Positions 23,104 through 33,432 of a stretch of 64,000 bases of DNA are shown here, in pieces. Numbering within the stretch: the first letter of the stretch is position 1; every line of letters begins with the position of its first letter. The stretch is taken from contig CM106586.1 of NCBI GenBank assembly GCA_048013815.1, positions 17,608,001-17,672,000 on the forward strand, given 5' to 3'. The notes below the pieces were generated by a model, which was not told the origin of the DNA, ran no database searches, and saw nothing but the letters and a program-made list of their open reading frames with translations. Source of the DNA: Setoptus koraiensis (taxonomy: Eukaryota > Animalia > Arthropoda). The position numbers and the translations under genes were made by a program.

Positions 23104-25364
23104 GTGAAGCCAGCACAACAAAACGGAAGCCCACATACCGTTACAGGCTGGCAGGCACAAGTGCGGCCCGTTTGCGCATGCAACAAGTGCAAACAAACCA
23201 ATTGGCCAGCTGACCAGTTGAACATGAAATGTCCGCATCATTTGTTTATTTATACCCACTGACAAGCCAGTCAGCTGATACATGCATTTGCTGGTATGTA
23301 ACAGTAGTGATTTGACCGACTTTGGTTATTTATATTATTATTGGTTGTTATATTGTTTGTGCAAACAGTTGGTTGGTCATTCGTTGTCAACTGTGAGACA
23401 CAAAATGCAACCCCAGTTGCGCAACTATGACAACAATCGCGCTTACACTGGTCGTATGACACCAATCGCGCGGAGGTGGCAACCACACTCTCTCACCCTT
23501 TGCAATTGTTGATTGTTTGCTCGGTTCCTTGGCACTTGTTGCGTTTGTTTGCTCTTGCCACTCGCTTGACCAGCGCAAATTAAACGCCCACTGCACTCCT
23601 CCGATCATCCGGCGAGCTTGCCAAACAGGCCAAACAAACACACAACCAGTGACAATTGCACCGGTCGCTCATTATTACTGTGAGCTCATAATTGAGTGAC
23701 TTGTGGTTGTTGTTGTTGTTGTCGTTGATGCTCGCTAACTAGCGCTCGCTGCCGACACCTGTCGTGCGATTACGCAACCAAACAGTCGACATAGTGATAC
23801 ACTCTTGTGATATACGAGCGTCACTATATCGACACGATGCTATCGCTGTATCAGTGAGAGTCGCTTTAGGTCTTGCTCGTTTGAGTATTCGTCTCATCCG
23901 AGCCATGCGATGATTATTCATTCTATCCGAGTTATGTAACAATAGGCTATGAGATCAATCAACCAACCTGATTAGTTGCCATCAGGCCACAACACACACT
24001 GTGCTGCTACACATCTGCTCATAGGCACACAACGTTCGAATGGCTCTCGTGTGCCAAAATTGTGTTATGTAAGAAGGCAATCTGGCTCAGCACGTTATGT
24101 GTGCTCTGGCACAACCTGTGCCGGTGCACAATGTACTGTTGCCGAATCAACAGTCTCCATCTATTGATAGCGGATCTATCTATTATCCATCTATTTATAT
24201 CTGCAGCAGAAGATAAAATGTACCCCATCTCGACGGTGTCTGCTCTCGTCGATCGGTAAACAAAACTCAAAAGGGCCGCTTTGGTTATGATGATTCATGA
24301 TTATTGAGTCTGGTAAACTCGTTGGCCATTATTAGTGCGGCATTGTTGCGACGCCTACAGCCTGCAAAATGCAACTCGACACTCGCAAACTTAAGCAAAC
24401 TGTGAACATAATGAAAAGCGTCGGATCTATTCGACAGTGTTTAGAACAATGGACTTGACACTATGTAGTGAACGGAAGTGATGGGTGGAGATTTGCATGA
24501 ATATTGCTAGAGCGAAGCAAAAGATAAGGAAGCTCATGGGGCTTGAAGAGTAAAAGTTTCGTTCAAAAGGACGCATAGGGTGCTCTGTTGCATTGCAAAA
24601 CTGTGTATGGACAGCCGAGGAGAGCCCTACAGGAGAATTTCAGAACTGTCTGGTGATTTATGGGCCTGGTGCAGCCGTTAACGAAACAAAACTCTACCTG
24701 TGTGTAGAAGAGTTAATTATATATATGTTATTACACGTAATTGTTTATTTGTTATAGTTCGACGTATAACTCGCGGGTTGGTTGTTATCGGCGTGCTCAC
24801 AAACGACCATCGGGTAAAATATTTGTGCGCTCGCTCGACCCCACCATCAACAGTCGGGTAGGCCACTGAATGTATATTTGAACTTTGTTCGAGGGACCCC
24901 ATTTTTGTCCTGAGGACCGGCCGGGTGGATAGCGAAAAAATTGGACGACAAGCGGACGTTTTTGCTTTAATCGAAACGTCCAAACAACTTCGAAATGGAG
25001 CCGGCTCGTGACGAGCCCGACTGTCCCATGCACGCCCACTCTACCCCGGGAATGCCCGGGAGAGTGCGCAGACAGACGAAAAAAATTTAATTTGTTTACG
25101 ATGAGTCATCATATAAACATTTATTAGGTGCATGTTTATGTATCGGTATGTATCGACGAGATAATCAGTTTGTCTGTTGGATAACACAAAGTTGACACAA
25201 ACAAAGAGAGAGAGAGAAATATCCGTTGAGCTGTTCAGTCAACATCAACGGCTCACGCAAATGGACACAATTTTTTACAAAGCTTGGTTTTAATATTACT
25301 GTAACAGATTTTATTATTAATTTGTCTTTTATCGCGATAGTCCAGCCAGTCCGGCAGCAAGACA

Positions 25365-28300
25365 ATGGACCAATCGCAGAATCAGCAACAAGGCTCCAAA
25401 AAAGGGGGCCCGCGCCAGAAGAAGCAGCAGCAACAACAGCAACAACAACAGCAACAACAGCAGCGACAACAACCACAACAGCAACAACAACCAAAGCAGC
25501 AGCAACAGCACCGGCAACAACAACAACAACAAACTCCGAGTGCACCCGATGAATGGGGTCCGGCCTTGCCGGCACAACCGGCACAATCGGGCCAACAAGC
25601 ACCAGGTGCTCCGACCCAGTCCAAGCTAGTTTGGGGTAAGCCACAGCAAGCTCAGCCCCTGCCGCAGCCTGCTCAGGTCCAACCGACACAACCGGCACAA
25701 ACGGGCCAACAAGCACCAGCTGCTCCGACTCAGCCCAAGCAAGTTTGGGGTAAGCCGCAGCTAGCTCAGGTCCAACCGACACAAACTGAAACATCAGCTT
25801 TGGGAAAGCCACAGCAAGCTCAGCCTCTGCAGCAGCAAGCTCAGGTCCAACCGGCACAAGCGGCACCACCAGCTGGACCGTCAAAGAAGAACAAGGGCCC
25901 CAAAAAACCTTCTGAGCAATCCAACTCCATAGACTCGCTCTCAAGCAAATTGAGTGGGTCTCTTTCCATGAAGCGATTTCCACCTAGACCTCAAAAGGCG
26001 GGCGTGAAAGGTAGAGAGGTCAAGCTCATCGTCAATTTGTTCAAACTAGCATTTAATAGCGATAGGCCCCTTAGAAAATATCATGTCATGATTGTTCCGC
26101 CGGCAAGGGAAGAGAGAGCTGGAGATGCTGAGAGATCAGGATCTAAGCCAGCAGTCCAAGAAACTGACACAGAGGTCACCAAAAAGATTCCTCAACAGAT
26201 CAGAAGACAATTGATTCATGGAGCACTTGAGACCTGGGCTAAGAGCACTGGCACCAAAAAAGTAGACCAGATAAAAAACAAATACGTTTATGATGGAATT
26301 GCTACCATTTATACCATTGTGAATTTATTTGGCGAGACCGAATCTACTAATAACAATTGGTTTGAGACTGTTGTTGCACATCACGAAATGACATTTACTG
26401 ATAGAGGAGCAGAGACTTTGCCTCGTAGTTACACACTTAAAATAGGTTACAAACAAAAGGATGGCTCTGTCGTTAACTTGAAAACACTTGAGGACTATTG
26501 TAGCGGAAAAATGCTCGCCATTGAGGACATCCAACCAAGTCTACAAGCGTTGAATATACTGATCAACTTTAACATGTCCTCTTCTGGCAAGTATGTCTGT
26601 ATTGGTAGCAATATGTACAATCCTACAAATGCTGACTATTACTTGGGCAATGGACTCAGAATGAATAATGGCTTCTATATAAGTGTGCGACCCACCAAAT
26701 GCGGCATGGTTCTAAATGTGGCCAATTCATCAACTGCCTTCTATGAAGAAATGTCATTAGTAGATTTGTTTCGCAAAAGAGTAGAAACCAAGTTAAGAAA
26801 AAACGTCTCCCTAGAAGAAGCAATTGCCCACGGCGAAAGAGACGGGAGTGTCTGGGAAATGTTCGAAAAGGACATTAAACAAAAGCAAATCGAGGCACGA
26901 CATAGAAGTTATCCCGGTTCGAACGGTGCAATGCATTACAGAAAATACCGCATTCTTGGCCTCAACAAAACTAATCCATCGACACAGAAATTTACATTAA
27001 TTGACCGAGCTACAAATACAACAAATGAAGTCACTGTGGCTAAATACTTCCAGGATACATACAAAGTTAGGTTGAATTATCCCCAGTTGAAATGTATAAA
27101 AGCTGGAAGTCCGGGGAAATCGATAGACTTGCCAATGGAAGTATGTTGGTTAATTGACAAACAAGTTTGTCGCCGAAAGCTGGACCCTAAAGAAACCAGT
27201 GAGTTTATAAAGCAAGCTGCAACAAAACCAGACAAGCACTTCGAAAAAATTGAAAAGAACGCTAAGAGTATTCGAGGCAGTGGTCAGGAAATCTACAAGA
27301 CATTTGGGATTGATATTGATGCTAAGCCAATGTGCGTCAAAGGTAGAGAACTTGATCCAACATATCTTAAGGGAAATAGAATGATAATCAAACCCTCGGA
27401 TGGAGTTTACAGTATCAGGAATGCAAAATTTTTCAAGCCTGTTACGGTTTCAAATTGGTTATTGGCATTTTGCATTCCAGCTTACCAGGATCGCGACATG
27501 CCCTCTGCTAAGTACAACCATTACTGTGTTGAATTCGCTAAATCCTACATTAACAGTGCAAAAGCGTTGGGTATTACAATAGGAACCCCCCAAATAGCCG
27601 AGTTAAATAAAGATTATTGGGCCAAAGAACCTTATTGGAGAGAAACATTTTTCCCGCTTCTGGAACAGAAGAAGCTGCAATACGTTCTTATCGTCCTACC
27701 AGAGCAAGCTCCAGATTGGCTTTACCAGACAATCAAGTTTGCTGAGGCCAACTCAGCTGTGAAGTTGAAAGGGAACTTTGTCAAGACGCAGTGCTTGAAG
27801 CATGTAAATTTCAAGAAAGGATTAGGTCTATCGTATACAGGACGTCCTGATCAATCGCTGATGACGAATCTATGGTTGAAGGCTAACGAGAAGCTTGGCG
27901 GAAGTAACTTCACCCTAGAAGCCAGCAAAACACCTGGCATGTTTGACAAAAATAATTTGTATGTTGGCATTGATGTGAGTCATCCAGCGCCCGGAGATGC
28001 CTTATGTCGATCTGTTGTAGCTGCCGTTGGTATGTGGGATATTACAGACAAAGTTGGATATCACACTGTATTAAAAGTCCAGGAGACTAGGAATGAGTCA
28101 ACCACTCAGCAAGTTACTATTGAGCATGTAGATAAGGCTGCTGAGATGCTAGCATCTATCGTAGAGTCCTACAAGGCAGCCAAGAAGTCTTATCCAAATC
28201 ATATATTGATTTTGAGAGATGGTGTATCCGAGGGTCAGTTCAATATTGTCCACCATCTTGAGCTTAATAAGATATTGACCTATGCCAGCAAACTGCCGGG

Positions 28301-28781
28301 AGCCACCAAACCCAAAGTCACCTACGTTGTTGTGCAAAAGCGTCACAAGATTCGTTTCAAACTTGAGAAACGCTCAGAAAGGGACAAAGATGACAATATC
28401 CATCCAGGAACAGTTGTGGACCAGGATGTTATTCATCCGACAGACCATGATTTCTATCTGGCACCTCACAAGGCAATCCAGGGAACTAGTCGACCGGCGC
28501 ACTACTACGCCCTGTATGATGAAAAAAATTACTCGCAGGATGATCTCCAAGAGATTAGTCACGCATTATGTTACCTGTCTCCACGCTGCACCCGGGCAAT
28601 ATCTATTCCTGCCCCAGTATATTTGGCCGATTTGGCGGCTGAGAGAGGCCGTAATTTGGTTATAGCATGGGCACTTCGTGTCACTAGTAAAGCAAAGGGA
28701 TCGCGCGAGAACATCAATGATCTCAACAAATTCTTTGGCAATTTGCCTTCGGAGTATTTGAATGAGCTCTTCTACAACTAG
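25365..28781 (+). CDS. AGO2: Argonaute (AGO clade, siRNA/Ago2-like), 1138 aa, intronless CDS; Gln-rich N-terminus, N, PAZ, MID and PIWI domains
   Basis: PAZ-like VTVAKYFQDTYKVRLNYPQLKCI..LPMEVC; MID WLYQTIK..TQCL..KANEKLGG; PIWI GIDVSH, LRDGVSEGQF, VVVQKRHKIRF, HPGTVVD, QGTSRPAHY, SIPAPVYLAD. Acceptor-like TTTT..GATAG at 25340 suggests a 5' UTR intron. AGO2 orthology is not proven. Confidence 0.95.
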   Translation: MDQSQNQQQGSKKGGPRQKKQQQQQQQQQQQQQRQQPQQQQQPKQQQQHRQQQQQQTPSAPDEWGPALPAQPAQSGQQAPGAPTQSKLVWGKPQQAQPLPQPAQVQPTQPAQTGQQAPAAPTQPKQVWGKPQLAQVQPTQTETSALGKPQQAQPLQQQAQVQPAQAAPPAGPSKKNKGPKKPSEQSNSIDSLSSKLSGSLSMKRFPPRPQKAGVKGREVKLIVNLFKLAFNSDRPLRKYHVMIVPPAREERAGDAERSGSKPAVQETDTEVTKKIPQQIRRQLIHGALETWAKSTGTKKVDQIKNKYVYDGIATIYTIVNLFGETESTNNNWFETVVAHHEMTFTDRGAETLPRSYTLKIGYKQKDGSVVNLKTLEDYCSGKMLAIEDIQPSLQALNILINFNMSSSGKYVCIGSNMYNPTNADYYLGNGLRMNNGFYISVRPTKCGMVLNVANSSTAFYEEMSLVDLFRKRVETKLRKNVSLEEAIAHGERDGSVWEMFEKDIKQKQIEARHRSYPGSNGAMHYRKYRILGLNKTNPSTQKFTLIDRATNTTNEVTVAKYFQDTYKVRLNYPQLKCIKAGSPGKSIDLPMEVCWLIDKQVCRRKLDPKETSEFIKQAATKPDKHFEKIEKNAKSIRGSGQEIYKTFGIDIDAKPMCVKGRELDPTYLKGNRMIIKPSDGVYSIRNAKFFKPVTVSNWLLAFCIPAYQDRDMPSAKYNHYCVEFAKSYINSAKALGITIGTPQIAELNKDYWAKEPYWRETFFPLLEQKKLQYVLIVLPEQAPDWLYQTIKFAEANSAVKLKGNFVKTQCLKHVNFKKGLGLSYTGRPDQSLMTNLWLKANEKLGGSNFTLEASKTPGMFDKNNLYVGIDVSHPAPGDALCRSVVAAVGMWDITDKVGYHTVLKVQETRNESTTQQVTIEHVDKAAEMLASIVESYKAAKKSYPNHILILRDGVSEGQFNIVHHLELNKILTYASKLPGATKPKVTYVVVQKRHKIRFKLEKRSERDKDDNIHPGTVVDQDVIHPTDHDFYLAPHKAIQGTSRPAHYYALYDEKNYSQDDLQEISHALCYLSPRCTRAISIPAPVYLADLAAERGRNLVIAWALRVTSKAKGSRENINDLNKFFGNLPSEYLNELFYN

Positions 28782-29514
28782 TACAATATAACACATACAT
28801 GTACGCTGAAATTATGTGATTAAAATAATGTCCTTATCGCTGCTTACTACACTGTATCATTCAAATACCTGAGCTTTGTTCTTTTTTCAATGCACACAAA
28901 ATTCATTGAATGTGTGTTCATTTAGACAGAAGCCTTCGATCAAGCCTATTGTTCGAATCAGCTGACTGGGTAAATCAAATGTAAACACCTGCATGTGTTC
29001 CTGTGGTTTATAAGGGTAGCCATACAGATTGTGGTGCATTAGAATTGTATCCAGTATATTATTCCGATAACATTTCAGTATTATGAGAACGAGTGATTTA
29101 TCCTCTCACCGAGAGAAATGAACATCAACACTGGCTGATGAGTTCTCACCAAACATTTAATTTCATTTTGAAACAACGACCCAGTTTTAACTAGCTAACA
29201 AACAGACAGGTAACGACGGTTATGTGAACCAAGGCAACCAATGAAATTGTTGTTGTTCACAAGCTCCGAATTAGGTGTTGCCCTAACGAACGTCCAACAG
29301 TATTCATCAGTAACACACAAAATCATTAATCCACAGTCAGTAAAATAATAATTGTTGACAGTAGAAACGCGACATTTATCTGGGTCGTTGAACATTTCAT
29401 TCAATCGTGGATCGTTATAATAAATTTAGGGATTCGTCGTCGTCACACAAACGTGTTGTCAATGACTTATCCGAATTATCCATCCATCAGCAAGATGACA
29501 AGCCTACACTCTCA

Positions 29515-31322
29515 ATGAATGAACGAATTGTATGGATTAGCGATAATGGACCCGAATACGGTTACGTTCGTTGGTTGGGCAAATTGCCCGACATCGGTCA
29601 GGATTGGATGGCCGGCGTAGAATTTGACAATCCAGTTGGCTCAGGGACAGGCTTGTATAAGGAACACCAATTGTTTGAAACTCAAATGAATCATGCCTCA
29701 CTTGTGCCTATCATAGGATTAATGAAGGCTTCGGACTTTGATGAGGCGCCCGATCCACCCGTACGCACAACATCTATTAATCTTATAGACAATCCAACAA
29801 ATATTAGTAAGAGCATGGAAACTTACAAGCATCAGATTTATCCCATCCTCAACGAGTCTAGTCTTATGGACGATGTGGACCAATTGGACCTAGTCGCTAG
29901 ACTCGACAGTCAACTGTCTGTCAAATCTGGCAGCAGAGAAGAAAACACAAACAATAGTTGTTCGACAAGAGACGATGATAGTTTAGTGCCTCATTCCAAA
30001 ATGATTGTCAACAACAATTTCAAGAATGCCTCTAACATACTCAAGAACGCTTTGGGAAAATCAAGAGGCATTCAGGGACACAATAACTCGTGCTATTTGG
30101 ATGCCACGCTCTTTGCTATGTTCTCGTCGACCAGTTTATTTGAATCATTACTCTATCGGCCCCGCACCCAACGTGATATTCCCGAATATGACGAGGTTCA
30201 ACGAGTCCTACGCGAAGAAATAGTTCGCCCATTGAGGGATGAGTATTTTGTTAGTGCCGATCAAGTTATGTTGCTCAGGACTCTTCTAGAGAGATCGTCA
30301 ACAGTTGAGGGCCTAACAAACGAGGAAAAGGACCCGGAGGAATTTCTCAATCTATTGTTGAATCAAATACTCAGAGCTGAACCTTACCTTAAATTAAGCT
30401 CAGGTTTGGAGTCATTCTTTTATCAGTTGATTGTCGACAAAGACGAAAGTATTGTACTACCAACTGTACAGGACTTATTTGATCAATCATTTTTGAACAG
30501 CACCATAAGACTGAGAGAAATACCACCCTGTTTACTTGTTCAGATGCCTCGCTTTGGCAGACAGTATAAAATGTATTCTAGAATTATTCCTAGCATGCAA
30601 CTCGATATAACCGATGTCTTGGAGTCAGTTCCACGGGCCTGCTGCCAATACAACAAAGACTGCGAAAATTTGGCACGATTTGAATGTAAGAGTTGCTTTG
30701 GCGAACGTAGTCACAGATTCAATACCAGATTATCAAATATTGCATTCTGCAATCCATGCTTTCAAGCGAAACATTTCAGTCGCTCGCATGCTACAGGTAT
30801 AGAGGATCATGACAAAAGCAAGACTGCTCTCAATAAAATGACTACAGAAGTCCAACAAAGATACTCGGCAAAATCAATATCTAGCAACAAAGATAAAGAA
30901 ATACCACGAATACATATGGATTTATTCGCAGTTTTGTGTATTGAAACCAGCCACTATGTTTGCTTTGTAAAATGTGGAAACAAGCCAGAATCTCCTTGGT
31001 GCTTCTTCGACAGTATGGCGGATCGTAAAGGTTTGTTAAATAGGCTATAGTGAGAGTTGACAAATCATACCAGTAACTTTCCCAAAACTATGTTTACTAA
31101 TATCGACATAACATCCATTCTTACTCAACAGGCGAACAAAATGGTTACAACATACCTGAAGTATCTCTTTTCGAAGACCTTCCATTTTGGCTCACAGACA
31201 AAGGCACGGCATACTTATTGAACCATCGTGATGACAAACTCTTACCCGAAATGGCGAGGCGGCTAATATGCGATGCTTACCTGTGTTTTTACCAGAGTCC
31301 TGATCTGCAAATGTACAGATGA
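29515..31322 (+). CDS. CYLD: CYLD-like Lys63 deubiquitinase (one CAP-Gly + USP with B-box insert); exons about 29515-31030 and 31132-31322
   Basis: CAP-Gly (WMAGVEFDNPVGSGTG), Cys box GIQGHNNSCYLDATLF, His box CIETSHYVCFVK, FFDSMADR. Intron GT 31031..AG 31131 restores GEQNGYNIPEV..CDAYLCFYQSP. The start is uncertain: the ORF is open from 29392 but the first ATG is at 29515. Confidence 0.93.
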
Positions 31323-32085
31323 TTTTGAAGAATTTAAGTTGAAAATCCAACTGGAGTGGTTGGAAATGTTCGTGGTTCAATTTTTTTTTTACCACTGACA
31401 GAATAAAACTTCATATGTCTTCATCATTTCATTCACTGTTCCTTTGAGAACTTGAAAAGTTCAGACAAACTTCATTGCTTGAATCTCATGTGAGTTCGAT
31501 AGCCTCCCCGTACAGACTCACTTCAGTCACTATCGCTCCATTTCAGTTCGTAGCCAACAATGGTTTCAGCTCCGAAAGTGAAGCTGACAACTTGTGGACA
31601 GATCCATACCATTCCATAGCCCTCTACATAGGGCGAATTTCTTTCGATTGCACTTTAAAACTACGGTAGACGCATCGGCTTGCAGCCCCATTTCAGCAAG
31701 GTTGCTTGAATAGGGTAGTGCTATGCGTGATACAGATTAGATCATACTTCATCATCAGGATTTCTGCCTGGAAAGTGCACTGGAGAGTGGCTTCTCTTTT
31801 GACTGCGCGCAAACCTAACAAGTGTAAGTTGTTATTGTCGATGCTTTCGAGATAAACATGCTGAAAGAAAATGATCGACCCCCTGTCGCGCTTCCAGTTG
31901 CTAAAGCCGTGCCACGGTGAAATACAACAAAAATAATTATTATAATTAATTAATAATAATTTTGTTGAAACAATCAATATTTCAATTTGAAGACTCCATA
32001 GGATCATCACAATCAGATTGTCCAGTCAGAGATAATATAATCCATCATAGTTCTCGTAGGACACGCCATCTTATGCAATACTATA

Positions 32086-33432
32086 ATGTCCATAAATGAG
32101 ATACTAAACGATGATTGCCTTATCAATATATTTGCAAGACTGTCCTGCATTGATAGATGTCATTCTGCCCTTGTATGCAAGCGATGGTGTAGAATCATAA
32201 CGGAACACAATCGAATTGGTCACGTAGATATAAAACCATCAGCTGTTGACGATCCGAGTGTTTCAGAAGAATATATGAGAGCACGCCGATCTTATTGTAA
32301 ATCATTGAGTATAAATTTGGATGATTTGTCGATATATCATAAATACTTCAAGGCATTCTGGGAATTATTTGGCGCAGATCCCGATCTTATTGCCAAATTG
32401 AAGATAAGCCTTTCTAGCTTCAATAGGCGCGAATGTCATTGTACACTGCAACGGTTTGTATACGAGAAAGAAGTTCAGAAGAATTTCTCCAAAATTGAAA
32501 GTGTCCAGCTAGATTGGAATGGAAATCTTTGCATAGTGTTTCTGGCGGATCTTATTGGATCGTGTCCCACGATGAAGCATCTTAGAGTTAGTGGCGAGTC
32601 TTATCCTAGTCACATTTTTGGTGATCCGATGAGTCTACATGTCAAGTCAGGATCCTTGACCCATTTAGATCTATCAGGTTCATCTGGGACCTTCAAAGAG
32701 CTCATAAGGGACAACCAAGAGAGCTTGGTTAGCATATTAGGTAACAACGAAACTTACAAAGATCTACTGCTATGTCGACGAATGATTAAATTGCGTCACC
32801 TAAGCTTAATTATGATACAGCCAAGAAGTGAAGAAGAGGAACTATCACTGCCAAAGCTTATCCATCTAGAGAGCTTGAGCCTAGTAATGAACCACCTAGA
32901 GCTGAAGCCATTCAGTAATGGACTGTTGACAAAGATTATGAGTGTGTTGCCATTTAAGACAACTGACAACTCCGAGCAAATAATCTTCGTGGCTGCGGCA
33001 AAATCAATGTTAAAATATGTGATACACAATGAAAACCGCATCAAACGGCTCCGATTGGTACTTAATTGTGAAGAAGCTCCTTTAGATGACGATGAAGTCA
33101 TTATACTCGATCTATCTAATGTTCTAGAATTCATACAAGACTTTAAATCTCTCACTAGTTTCAGTTTAGTTGTTACATTAAGAGAAGAAACTTCATGCCA
33201 GAATGTTACCCTCTCTAGCGAGACAATGAATTGTCTGATATCATTAAGCCACTGTTTCAAGACTTTAAGACTGCCAATCAGATTTGGCCAGAACGTTGGC
33301 AAACTTAAATACATGCACACGCAGCTTAAGTTGAAGAATCGAAGCCTAACTCTGGAGATCATATCGGAAACCGTTTCGTTGGGAATCAATTCCCCAGATG
33401 GAAAATGGTCAAGCGATGCGAATGCATCGTGA
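32086..33432 (+). CDS. F-box/LRR-like protein, paralogue 1 (448 aa; apparent frameshift at 33400-33401)
   Basis: N-terminal F-box INEILNDDCLINIFARL..LVCKRWCRII followed by LxxLxL repeats; collinear with paralogue 2. Confidence 0.85.
   Translation: MSINEILNDDCLINIFARLSCIDRCHSALVCKRWCRIITEHNRIGHVDIKPSAVDDPSVSEEYMRARRSYCKSLSINLDDLSIYHKYFKAFWELFGADPDLIAKLKISLSSFNRRECHCTLQRFVYEKEVQKNFSKIESVQLDWNGNLCIVFLADLIGSCPTMKHLRVSGESYPSHIFGDPMSLHVKSGSLTHLDLSGSSGTFKELIRDNQESLVSILGNNETYKDLLLCRRMIKLRHLSLIMIQPRSEEEELSLPKLIHLESLSLVMNHLELKPFSNGLLTKIMSVLPFKTTDNSEQIIFVAAAKSMLKYVIHNENRIKRLRLVLNCEEAPLDDDEVIILDLSNVLEFIQDFKSLTSFSLVVTLREETSCQNVTLSSETMNCLISLSHCFKTLRLPIRFGQNVGKLKYMHTQLKLKNRSLTLEIISETVSLGINSPDGKWSSDANAS

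Noticed and set aside
187-24270. The many 60-295 aa ORFs in the ORF track (poly-Cys, poly-Val, poly-Thr, Arg/Ala/Pro-rich)
   Set aside because: They are translations of microsatellites and GC-rich stop-poor DNA, overlap in several frames and show no recognisable domain.
28940-28965. GTTCGAATC as a tRNA T-loop
   Set aside because: No T-stem, acceptor stem or D-arm can be formed.
29130-29150. CTGATGAG hammerhead-ribozyme core (also TTGATGAG at 50785)
   Set aside because: The required order stem II then GAAA then stem III then UH cannot be built.
29407-29514. GTG at 29407 as the CYLD start
   Set aside because: It is a non-ATG call from the ORF finder; the first ATG is 29515, and an upstream exon via the acceptor near 29428 is possible but unproven.
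31510-32010. Minus-strand two-exon gene between CYLD and F-box 1
   Set aside because: A splice can join ORF 31693-32010 to a short downstream frame, but the start region is AT-rich and intron-like and the product resembles nothing I know.
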